Of a stretch of DNA of 25,679 nucleotides, positions 11,337-19,133 are shown one piece after another. The stretch is taken from positions 1 to 25,679 of the forward strand of contig JAOZPR010000009.1 of assembly GCA_029932645.1 (NCBI GenBank), given 5' to 3'. This DNA is from Candidatus Aenigmatarchaeota archaeon. GTDB taxonomy: Archaea > Aenigmatarchaeota > Aenigmatarchaeia > GW2011-AR5 > JAGGXF01. Each line of letters begins with the position of its first letter. The stretch's first letter is position 1. The notes under the pieces were generated by a model. It made no database searches. It saw only the letters and a list, made by a program, of their open reading frames with translations, and was not told the origin of the DNA. The translations under genes and the position numbers were made by a program.

Positions 11337-11480
11337 TTACTTTCTCCTTTTTCTTCCCGATTTCTTGAGTAGCTTCTCTTTGTGGCAGAAAAACGTGATT
11401 AACAAGAGTGCAGAAATAAGCAAAATCATAACAGTTTTCACAACAGAACTAACTATTTGAATATTTTCTATAGTGGTCAT
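11337..11480 (-). CDS. Small single-TM protein (47 aa), below the ORF-track cutoff
   Basis: Translates MTTIENIQIVSSVVKTVMILLISALLLITFFCHKEKLLKKSGRKRRK*. ATGA overlap with the stop of the upstream 340-aa gene, GGGTGA SD, and it fills the gap to the next gene. Confidence 0.6.
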   Translation of the reverse strand: MTTIENIQIVSSVVKTVMILLISALLLITFFCHKEKLLKKSGRKRRK

Positions 11481-12499
11481 TCTTTTTCACCCTCTTTTTT
11501 AGTCTCTTCTTCATTTTCCTTCTTTGGTTTTTTCTTCTTTACACTTTTTTTAGCTGCTTTTTTCTTTTCTTCTCGCTCTTTCTTTTTTTCATCTTCTATT
11601 ATATACTCTTCTTCCAAAACCTTGATTATTTCCTGCGCCCAAGAAGACAACTTATTTGGTTTAGGAAACTTAACATCTTCGTTGGCGTATTCTTTCTTGA
11701 CAACATCATTGAAAAATTCCATCAGCTGTTTTTTTACTTCCGGTTCTATCTTTTCTGTCTTTTCCAGCCTTTCCAGAAGTTCGGAATATGTTAGTTCAGA
11801 TCTTATATTTAATTTCTTCTGGACAAACTCTCTAACTATATGTGCAATTTCTATGGCGTATTCATCTTTCTTTTCGGCTTTTTTTACCATCTGAATATAT
11901 TTTTCAGATAACAATTTTTTGTCTTCTTCCTCGGTGGCAACAAAAGGCAGGTGTATTTTTTCCAGAAGCCCCTCCTCTTCTGGTTCTTTTTGAGATGCCA
12001 GACGTTGTTCTATTTTTTTCAGAATTCCAATCTCTTCTACGATTTTTTCCTTTTTTTCTGGTTTTTTTGCCAAGCCGGCGTACCTTCTTAACTCTTCTAT
12101 TTCCTTGTTTTTCTCCTTAATTTTTTTATCCATCTCGTTCAGTATCTCTTCTATCTCTTCAGCCAGTATCTGAATCTTCTGCTTGTTAAGAAGTCCCGTG
12201 TTTTTTATGTCTCGTAGCATTTGCTCCAAGTCCGTAACATTATCTACATGCTCTTCGACTTTGCCTGTTATCGTTTCATGCCCTTCATGAATTTTGTCAA
12301 GCTCCTGTTTGAGAACATTTTCAATCTTTTCTTCAAACTTTTCCTGTCTGATTACCATGAACTTTTGCTTTTGTTCAATGAGCTGCTCCATAGATGATTT
12401 GAAATTGTCTATCTCTGCTAGCCTCTTCTTTAGCTCTTCTTGTAGCCCACTCAATTCTTTTTTCATCTTTATAATTTCCATATTATCCATAACCATCAC
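11477..12499 (-). CDS. Coiled-coil protein with a helical domain resembling MoxR-locus accessory proteins
   Basis: 340 aa, E/K-rich heptads. 'IVREFVQKKLNIRSELTYSELLERL...FFNDVVKKEYA' resembles helical domains found next to MoxR/VWA genes. The true start may be ATG 12490. Confidence 0.7.
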   Translation of the reverse strand: MMVMDNMEIIKMKKELSGLQEELKKRLAEIDNFKSSMEQLIEQKQKFMVIRQEKFEEKIENVLKQELDKIHEGHETITGKVEEHVDNVTDLEQMLRDIKNTGLLNKQKIQILAEEIEEILNEMDKKIKEKNKEIEELRRYAGLAKKPEKKEKIVEEIGILKKIEQRLASQKEPEEEGLLEKIHLPFVATEEEDKKLLSEKYIQMVKKAEKKDEYAIEIAHIVREFVQKKLNIRSELTYSELLERLEKTEKIEPEVKKQLMEFFNDVVKKEYANEDVKFPKPNKLSSWAQEIIKVLEEEYIIEDEKKKEREEKKKAAKKSVKKKKPKKENEEETKKEGEKE

Positions 12500-12611
12500 A
12501 CCTTTCTCTTATAATTAAATTGTCGCACATCGCTTTAATATTTTTTCAATGATTTGTTTTTGGTCACATTCTAATTATAATTTTAAATACTACTTAATAT
12601 AAATTAATTTT

Positions 12612-13634
12612 ATGCCGGAAAAACTGGAAAAAAATCAATTTGAGCAGGAAAGAGCACAGTTGAAGCAGAAGGTGATTTCTTATAATAAAAAAATCTCTGC
12701 CCTGAGAAATGAGATAAAAAAGGTAATTATTGGCCAGGAACATGAGATTGATAGTGTTCTTAAATGCCTGCTCGTCAACGGTCACGCACTGCTTGAAGGA
12801 AACCCTGGCCTGGCAAAGACGCTACTTGTTCGGGCGCTGTCTATGACCATATCCAATTCTACATTTAATAGGATACAATTTACGCCAGATTTGTTGCCTG
12901 CTGATATCATAGGTCTTATGATTTATAACCCAGAAAAAGGATTTTATGTAGAAAAAGGGCCGGTTTTCGCTAATTTTATACTGGCAGATGAAATCAACAG
13001 GGCGCCGCCTAAGGTGCAGTCTGCTCTTCTAGAATCCATGCAGGAGAGAATGGTAAGCATAGGTAAAGAAACATTTGATTTACCCAAGCCGTTCTTGGTC
13101 TTGGCTACGCAGAACCCGCTAGAGCAGATGGGTGTCTATCCACTGCCTGAAGCACAAGTTGACCGGTTTTTGTTCAAGGTTTGGGTTGACTATCCTGTAC
13201 CAGAAGAAGAACTAGATATTATAGACACAAACATAGAGACAATGACCATGGAGGATTATAATATTAAGCAGATACTAGGACCGAAAGAAATAATCGAGAT
13301 GCAACATTTGGTCAAGCAGATATACATCTCTGAAAAAATCAAAAAATATATTGTTGATATCGTAAACGCCACCAGATACCCGAAAAAATATGGAATACCT
13401 TCGGGCAAGTACATACAATGGGGAGGTTCCCCAAGGGCATCCATATACCTCTCTGTCGCAGCCAAATCAAACGCCTTTATGAACAACCGGGTATTTGTCA
13501 TACCAGAGGACATAAAGGGCATAGCCATGGAAGTTCTCAGACACAGAATAATTTTAAACTACGAGGGAAAGGCAGCCGAAATCAAGACAGATGAAATTAT
13601 CAATGACATCTTAGATAAAATACCTGTCCCCTAA
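12612..13634 (+). CDS. moxR: MoxR-family AAA+ ATPase
   Basis: GHALLEGNPGLAKT (Walker A), RIQFTPDLLPADI, ILADEINRAPPKVQSALLESMQE (Walker B), ATQNPLEQMGVYPLPEAQVDRF, GGSPRAS, VLRHRI. Confidence 0.95.
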   Translation: MPEKLEKNQFEQERAQLKQKVISYNKKISALRNEIKKVIIGQEHEIDSVLKCLLVNGHALLEGNPGLAKTLLVRALSMTISNSTFNRIQFTPDLLPADIIGLMIYNPEKGFYVEKGPVFANFILADEINRAPPKVQSALLESMQERMVSIGKETFDLPKPFLVLATQNPLEQMGVYPLPEAQVDRFLFKVWVDYPVPEEELDIIDTNIETMTMEDYNIKQILGPKEIIEMQHLVKQIYISEKIKKYIVDIVNATRYPKKYGIPSGKYIQWGGSPRASIYLSVAAKSNAFMNNRVFVIPEDIKGIAMEVLRHRIILNYEGKAAEIKTDEIINDILDKIPVP

Positions 13635-13701
13635 TGTCATAATATCGTCACCCCGTAATAAATTCTAATAGCATAAAAAAGACGTGAAAGGGTAATTATT
13701 T

Positions 13702-14679
13702 ATGAAAAGACCAGATGGACACGTGTCCAGACACATAACTAAAAAGGCCAGGGACTTGTATCCAAGGATAGAGCCAATGTTTGGTAGGCAAACTGTGACA
13801 GGTCATGGTCATAAAGCAAACTTGAGTGCATTGATGAAAGAGGTCGATATCAATGTTAAGAAATTGATAGAACTTTTCAGATTTATTTTGAAGTATAGAA
13901 TTATTTTTCGTGGAAGTGGTATAGAGTTTGCTGGACTGAGAGAATACACACCAGAAGACGATGCTAGCAGAATAGACTGGAAGTCCAGCGCCAGAACAGG
14001 AAAGATTTATGTGAAGATATTTGAAGAGGAGCGCGACTTGGATTTATTTTTATTGGTTGATGTTTCTAACTCCATGTTATTTGGTACAGCAGAAAAATTA
14101 AAAAGTGAATATGCGACCATTCTCGCAGCAACTATTGCTTATGCTGGGATAGAGGTTGGTGATAAGGTTGGTGTCGGTTTGTTCAGTGACAAGATGGTTA
14201 AAGTAATACCACCTGCTCAGGGAAGTCTACAATATTTCAAAATTTTGAAAGCGTTGGTAGACCCAGACAACTATGGCGGGCTTTGTAATCTTTGGGACGC
14301 GCTAAAATATGTCAATCGGTTTATCAGGAAGAGGTCTATTATATTTATTGTTTCAGATTTTATAGGTGCCGAACACGATTGGTTTGACGAGCTTCGCGTC
14401 ACCGGTTATCGGTTTGATCGCTTGCTTGGTATTATGGTAAGAGACCCAAGAGACGATTTTTTAACAACAGGCGTCGGGAGCATGAGGTTTTCTGACCCAT
14501 TTTCAGACAAAAAGATGGTCGTAGATGTGGATAAATACGTGGAGGAGTACAAAAAGGCTGCCAAGCTCCAGAGACTGTTTGTCGAAAAACAGTTTCATAT
14601 TAACAATGGCGGGTTTGTTCAGACCTATACTACGGAGCCGTTTATCAAGCCGCTTATGAGGTATTTTTTACTTCTCTAA
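13702..14679 (+). CDS. DUF58 domain protein (VWA-like MoxR partner)
   Basis: GSGIEFAGLREYTPEDDASRIDWKSSAR...VKIFEEER..LFLLVDVSNSM; directly downstream of moxR. Confidence 0.92.
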   Translation: MKRPDGHVSRHITKKARDLYPRIEPMFGRQTVTGHGHKANLSALMKEVDINVKKLIELFRFILKYRIIFRGSGIEFAGLREYTPEDDASRIDWKSSARTGKIYVKIFEEERDLDLFLLVDVSNSMLFGTAEKLKSEYATILAATIAYAGIEVGDKVGVGLFSDKMVKVIPPAQGSLQYFKILKALVDPDNYGGLCNLWDALKYVNRFIRKRSIIFIVSDFIGAEHDWFDELRVTGYRFDRLLGIMVRDPRDDFLTTGVGSMRFSDPFSDKKMVVDVDKYVEEYKKAAKLQRLFVEKQFHINNGGFVQTYTTEPFIKPLMRYFLLL

Positions 14680-14740
14680 TAAGCTTCAAATGAATTATAC
14701 ATAACCGGCAGAAAAGTTGCATTGTTAATATTGTAAATAA

Positions 14741-14776
14741 TTTGGATTTTCCAAATGATTATTTGGATTATCCTAA
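14741..14776. promoter_or_regulatory. Paired TTTGG-N5-CCAAA palindromes (14741-14755 perfect; 14762-14776 variant)
   Basis: TTTGGATTTTCCAAA and TTTGGATTATCCTAA, starts 21 bp apart, between convergent genes. Confidence 0.5.
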
Positions 14777-14780
14777 GGCA

Positions 14781-15761
14781 CTAAGGAATAGTTTTATACT
14801 TGGTCGCGCCAAGTGCCCATTCTGTTAAGAAAAACAAAACACCCAATAGCAGCAAATAATAGCTTATGTCTATCCTTTTTTGCTTCGCTTCTATAATAGT
14901 CTTTTCATACGCCTCTTTAAGAGAGGTTCTGTTAGTAGCAAGGAAAAACTTTCCACCTGTATTGTTTGATATATATTCCAATGCTTCTGTGTCAAGTTCA
15001 GGAAATTCTGCCAAAGTTCCACCTTTGAGTTCTTTTGATATATTTAGTTGCGTTCTGTCCATGGTCATATTTGTTCCTATACCAATCGCGTAGACGGTTA
15101 TGTTATTTTCTTTGACGAACTTCACGGTTTCATTCACAGAAAGCCCTCTATTATTTTTTCCGTCTGTTAATAATATAATTGCCCGTGTTTTATTTGATTC
15201 AGAAACCACAGTAGCTGCTGTGAGCAGAGCATCTGATATAGCTGTTCCAGCAGGGGTTTCAAAGTTTATATCTTCGATTGTTTTTCTAACTTTTTTAAGG
15301 TCTGTGGTGAGTCCGATTTTTTTATATGGTTTTCCTGCAAATGTTACAAGACCTACTCGAGTATCTGCTGGTATGATATCTAAAAGGTATGTCGATGCAT
15401 CTTTGGCAGCCTCCAGCCGGTTGGGGATAAAATCTGCTGTAGACATGCTAGATGACGTATCTATAGCCAGAACAAAATCAAAGTTTGAAACATTCCTGAC
15501 AGTTATAATAGTAAAGCTGGAAAGCCCCAGAATAATACATGTTATACCCAGAATTCTTAGAATCAATATTATGTAATCATTCTGGAATATCTTATTGCCA
15601 ACAACACGCTGTAAAATCTCAAAGTTGCTGAACTTGACGACTCTTTTTCTTCTCGACCGCAATGTGATTAGATGCAGAATTATAGTTATGCCTATAAGTA
15701 GAAGCATCAGGTTGATATTTTCATAAGAAAATGATATCTCCATTTCAATCCCTTCGTACAC
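14781..15761 (-). CDS. BatA-like membrane-anchored VWA domain protein
   Basis: N-terminal TM helices with 'VVKFSN' and 'ILILRIL'; MIDAS 'AIDTSSSM'; 'PNRLEAAK', 'GTAISDAL', 'IILLTDG', 'VYAIGIG', 'TGGKFF'; C-terminal TM. The start may be 15743. Confidence 0.92.
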   Translation of the reverse strand: MYEGIEMEISFSYENINLMLLLIGITIILHLITLRSRRKRVVKFSNFEILQRVVGNKIFQNDYIILILRILGITCIILGLSSFTIITVRNVSNFDFVLAIDTSSSMSTADFIPNRLEAAKDASTYLLDIIPADTRVGLVTFAGKPYKKIGLTTDLKKVRKTIEDINFETPAGTAISDALLTAATVVSESNKTRAIILLTDGKNNRGLSVNETVKFVKENNITVYAIGIGTNMTMDRTQLNISKELKGGTLAEFPELDTEALEYISNNTGGKFFLATNRTSLKEAYEKTIIEAKQKRIDISYYLLLLGVLFFLTEWALGATKYKTIP

Positions 15762-15787
15762 AAGGCATATCTATTATAATTAATATA

Positions 15788-16384
15788 TTATGTAAGAAAT
15801 TTTCTAATGTCCAGATAAAATCTTTCAGCATTAAATAATACCAGATGATTTTCAAGCAGATCTTTCAAATATGAGGGTTTTTCTTTTATTCTTTCCACGA
15901 AATCTTCATATAAACATACTGTGCCGCTTGTTTTTGCTTTTAGTTTGTATTCCAAATTCTTAGCTATTTTCTGGAGTTTCTCATCAATTTCCTTTTTATT
16001 ATGAGAGCACACAACTATAAAGTTTATTTTCTTTTCCTTTTTCTTTTCTGTTTTTTCCAAAGCTTTTTTTATTAATATTATAAATAATACATTTTTGTCT
16101 CCCAACTCTTTAACTATATTTTTGACAGCCGATTCTTTCATCTTACTAATCTCTCTGTTGTTGAGAAAAGAAAGAAGGGAAATCGTTTCATCGTTTTCTA
16201 TGTTAAGAGAATAGAGATAGAGGTTTGCAATTTTTCTCTTGTTTATTAGCTTCTGCTGGTTCAGACTTTGGAGATACCTGAATGCAGGCTCCCTTGAGAA
16301 CGGTACCTTCTTTAGAATATCAGCAAACCCGAATTCTCCAAACCCTCGTAAAACATTCAAAACCAAGAGTTCTTTTTCATTCAT
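15788..16384 (-). CDS. Winged-helix DNA-binding protein with degenerate nucleotidyltransferase-like C-terminal domain (putative regulator)
   Basis: N-terminal wHTH pattern 'FADILKKVPFSREPAFRYLQSLNQQKLINKRKIANLYLYSLN'. The C-terminal domain has the layout of archaeal minimal nucleotidyltransferases but lacks the GS/DxD catalytic residues. GAGGT SD upstream. Confidence 0.7.
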   Translation of the reverse strand: MNEKELLVLNVLRGFGEFGFADILKKVPFSREPAFRYLQSLNQQKLINKRKIANLYLYSLNIENDETISLLSFLNNREISKMKESAVKNIVKELGDKNVLFIILIKKALEKTEKKKEKKINFIVVCSHNKKEIDEKLQKIAKNLEYKLKAKTSGTVCLYEDFVERIKEKPSYLKDLLENHLVLFNAERFYLDIRKFLT

Positions 16385-16422
16385 CTCTTACCTCTCCGTT
16401 CCATTTCAGCTCTCTGCACCAT

Positions 16423-16458
16423 TTCAGTAAAACCAAACATATGTTTGGATTTTCCAAA
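16423..16458. promoter_or_regulatory. TTTGG-N5-CCAAA operator-like site upstream of the wHTH gene
   Basis: Perfect TTTGGATTTTCCAAA at 16444-16458 and a half-degenerate site 21 bp away (16423-16437). Confidence 0.6.
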
Positions 16459-16521
16459 TTTTTAATTTGCTAATTTAACACCTAATTTAAATGAAAAAAG
16501 AAAAATAAAAATCTAAACGAT

Positions 16522-17454
16522 TTAGCTCACTATTATCCTCATGTATCCTATTGGCAGTGTACCTACATAAGTACCATATGGTATCCTTGCTTCAACATAT
16601 ATCGGCGTATAGTTACCTGGTGCAAAGTCATGTCCTTCTGTCTCGTTGTCGAATATATATGTCGCGTGTGTTCCTGTTTCTGAAGCTCCTGGCAGATCCA
16701 TATTCCATTTATAGAATATGACCTTGGAACAGTCACTAGGTACAGCAACATTATACTCTTCACTGCCTACTGTTATGTTTGCCCATCCGTATGTGTTGTC
16801 TCCCGAATCTGTGGTCAATGTCCATGGCGTATTATCTGTCAGGTCTATGTCACCTGTGTTATCTGAGTTATGATAACTATCACCTATATACAATTGCGTT
16901 CCTGTTTCATTACAGCCAGATGATTTGTTCAGTCCCCAGAACCATTCCTTGCTTGCGTTCCTGAATCTACCGGTCCTGTCATCTGGTATCGAGCCTCTTT
17001 TCAAATATACTGGGGCTCTTGGCATAGCATACTCGACTCTGTTTATGAACCAGTATGATCCTTCTCCAGTCATATTATTGGTTACTGCTATGAAGTTTCC
17101 GGGATCATAGTTAGTGCCATCACCAGACGCGAATGGGTTTGTGGTAGGCATTGTTGCATTTAGCCAAACTTTGGACACATTCTCTGAACCAATATTCTCT
17201 ACTTCCATCGCATATACGGTATTTGTCCTTCCCGGAACTGATACACAGTCGTCATCCGTGGACAAACAATTTGGTACGGTTCCTGGTTCAACGTTTTCTG
17301 TCCAAGACATGTTATCCTCTGAAACATCTACCCATGTTCTAGATTGTAGTGTAACTGTTACAGTGGCATTACCTGCTTCTGTTCCTGCAAACACTGGTAT
17401 TGATAGAACACCGAGAAATACTACTAGAATACTAAGGATAAGTGTGGTCTTCAT
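16522..17454 (-). CDS. Secreted beta-rich surface/filament subunit, paralog 1
   Basis: 310 aa; signal peptide ending PVFA-G; no TM anchor; GGAGG SD; paralog of 17898..18836. Confidence 0.85.
   Translation of the reverse strand: MKTTLILSILVVFLGVLSIPVFAGTEAGNATVTVTLQSRTWVDVSEDNMSWTENVEPGTVPNCLSTDDDCVSVPGRTNTVYAMEVENIGSENVSKVWLNATMPTTNPFASGDGTNYDPGNFIAVTNNMTGEGSYWFINRVEYAMPRAPVYLKRGSIPDDRTGRFRNASKEWFWGLNKSSGCNETGTQLYIGDSYHNSDNTGDIDLTDNTPWTLTTDSGDNTYGWANITVGSEEYNVAVPSDCSKVIFYKWNMDLPGASETGTHATYIFDNETEGHDFAPGNYTPIYVEARIPYGTYVGTLPIGYMRIIVS
16573..16941. repeat. 369-bp identical block shared by the two paralogs, copy 1
   Basis: Identical by eye to 17949..18317 (offset 1376). Confidence 0.9.
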
Positions 17455-17507
17455 AAACTATTCCCTCCATTAATTATTGCTAACTATTTATTTTTCCAGA
17501 AGAGGAC

Positions 17508-17571
17508 TATATAAAGATTTCGATTTGTTATTATGTTTGAGTGATTCAAATAAGTATTTGGATTTTCCAAA
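17508..17571 (-). promoter_or_regulatory. BRE/TATA promoter of paralog 1 with two upstream palindromic sites
   Basis: Minus strand CGAAAT-C-TTTATATA (17522-17508); TTTGAGTGATTCAAA at 17536-17550 and TTTGGATTTTCCAAA at 17557-17571, 21 bp apart. Confidence 0.65.
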
Positions 17572-17638
17572 CGATATAAAAACACGCCAATTTTACATTT
17601 CTTAGTCCAGTAATAAAATGTCAGTGAGGCGAGAACTT

Positions 17639-17724
17639 AAAAAAAGAAAAAAAGAGGTGGGAGGTAAGAGGATAAAGCCAAGGAGGGAACAAGAGGGACT
17701 TGAGAACATCCTGGCTTTATCTGC
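17639..17724 (-). ncRNA. Candidate CU-rich antisense regulatory sRNA (~85 nt)
   Basis: Own BRE/TATA (CGATAA-TTTTATATA, 17760-17746), 13-bp hairpin GAUAAAGCCAGGA/UCCUUGGCUUUAUC and an oligo-U end. Loop and tail are complementary to the RBS regions of three neighbouring genes. Ends are estimates. Confidence 0.55.
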
Positions 17725-17805
17725 TTAGTTTCTGCACATAAGCGGTATATAAAATTATCGACGTTTTGCAACCAAAAATGATCATTTTCAATAAGAGAAT
17801 TATCG

Positions 17806-17820
17806 TTTGGATTTTCCAAA
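17806..17820. promoter_or_regulatory. TTTGGATTTTCCAAA palindrome upstream of the candidate sRNA promoter
   Basis: Perfect copy of the motif about 50 bp upstream of the TATA box at 17746-17754. Confidence 0.6.
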
Positions 17821-17897
17821 CGATTGAAATGGACCGGCGAATAAGAAACAAATAAAAGAAAAATTAAAAGGAAAAATAAAAAATTCTAAAATCGCAC

Positions 17898-18836
17898 CTA
17901 GCTCACTATTACTCTCAAATAGCCTGTTGGCAGCGCACCGACATAAACACCATATGGTATCCTTGCTTCAACATATATCGGCGTATAGTTACCTGGTGCA
18001 AAGTCATGTCCTTCTGTCTCGTTGTCGAATATATATGTCGCGTGTGTTCCTGTTTCTGAAGCTCCTGGCAGATCCATATTCCATTTATAGAATATGACCT
18101 TGGAACAGTCACTAGGTACAGCAACATTATACTCTTCACTGCCTACTGTTATGTTTGCCCATCCGTATGTGTTGTCTCCCGAATCTGTGGTCAATGTCCA
18201 TGGCGTATTATCTGTCAGGTCTATGTCACCTGTGTTATCTGAGTTATGATAACTATCACCTATATACAATTGCGTTCCTGTTTCATTACAGCCAGATGAT
18301 TTGTTCAGTCCCCAGAAATATTCACTGTTTGCATCTCTGAATCTACCGGTCCTGTCATCTGGTATCGAGCCTTTTATTAAATACACAGGCGCCCTTGACT
18401 GGGTGAACTCTACCCTGTTAACAAAGTAGTATCCACTTGCTCCACCAGATGTCGTACTCACTGCTATGAAATTTCCTGGGTCATATGAGCTTGTTCCACC
18501 AGATGCAAATGGGTTGCTGCTTGGCATAGTTGTATTGACCCAAATTTTGCTCACGTTTTCTGAACCGATGTTCTCTATTTCTAGACCATACACATTATGT
18601 CCAAGTCCGGTGTCAATACAATCACTTGCTGTATCACAGCTTGGTTTTGAACCTGGGTCTACTGTCGTTGTCCAGCTCATCGAGCTTCTCGACAGGTCTA
18701 CCCATGTCTGGGATTGTATGGTAGCACCTACTGTAGAATTGCCCGCTTCTGTCCCTGCAGCTACTGGTATCGCTAGTATTGCTAGAATACCAAATGTTAG
18801 CAATAGCGAAAAAAACTTAAAATTTTTTAATGTCAT
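17898..18836 (-). CDS. Secreted beta-rich surface/filament subunit, paralog 2
   Basis: 312 aa; signal peptide ending PVAA-G; mature N-terminus GTEAGN shared with paralog 1; double GGAGG SD. Confidence 0.85.
   Translation of the reverse strand: MTLKNFKFFSLLLTFGILAILAIPVAAGTEAGNSTVGATIQSQTWVDLSRSSMSWTTTVDPGSKPSCDTASDCIDTGLGHNVYGLEIENIGSENVSKIWVNTTMPSSNPFASGGTSSYDPGNFIAVSTTSGGASGYYFVNRVEFTQSRAPVYLIKGSIPDDRTGRFRDANSEYFWGLNKSSGCNETGTQLYIGDSYHNSDNTGDIDLTDNTPWTLTTDSGDNTYGWANITVGSEEYNVAVPSDCSKVIFYKWNMDLPGASETGTHATYIFDNETEGHDFAPGNYTPIYVEARIPYGVYVGALPTGYLRVIVS
17949..18317. repeat. 369-bp identical block shared by the two paralogs, copy 2
   Basis: Identical by eye to 16573..16941. Confidence 0.9.
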
Positions 18837-18876
18837 AATGTCCCTCCTATTTCCTCCTTCTGTCCTCTTACTATCA

Positions 18877-18994
18877 TTTGGTTAGACCAAATAATATGTT
18901 TGAAAAGCTAAATATATGTTTGGACAACCCAAATAAATACTTTTCGGTATTTTTTATATTTGGTTAAGCAAAACATAAGTTTGAGATATCCAAA
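18877..18994. promoter_or_regulatory. Array of TTTGG-N5-CCAAA-type sites upstream of paralog 2
   Basis: TTTGGTTAGACCAAA at 18877, weak site at 18898, TTTGGACAACCCAAA at 18919, TTTGGTTAAGCAAAA at 18959, TTTGAGATATCCAAA at 18980; mostly in 21-bp phasing. Confidence 0.6.
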
Positions 18995-19133
18995 CAATTT
19001 ATATATCAGAGACTATATTCATCTCCAAGACTGTTCTTGGTCTTTTTCAGATTATTTTTCAGATTAAGAAGGCGTTGAGAAGGCGACACAGAGCTTTTAT
19101 TAATGTTTTTAAGATTCTGCCACAACTTTTATT

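Noticed and set aside
17637..17819. 60-aa ORF between the paralogs
   Set aside because: It starts within an operator-like palindrome, crosses a BRE/TATA box and ends in a U-run; the region is better explained as a promoter plus sRNA.
3066..18317. Repeat pairs as DGR template/variable regions
   Set aside because: The copies are identical, with no adenine-specific mismatches; both copies are coding, and there is no reverse transcriptase in the window.
14741..18994. TTTGG-N5-CCAAA repeats as a CRISPR array
   Set aside because: Only 15 bp long, dispersed over several intergenic regions with 6-bp gaps; no spacer-length uniques and no cas genes.
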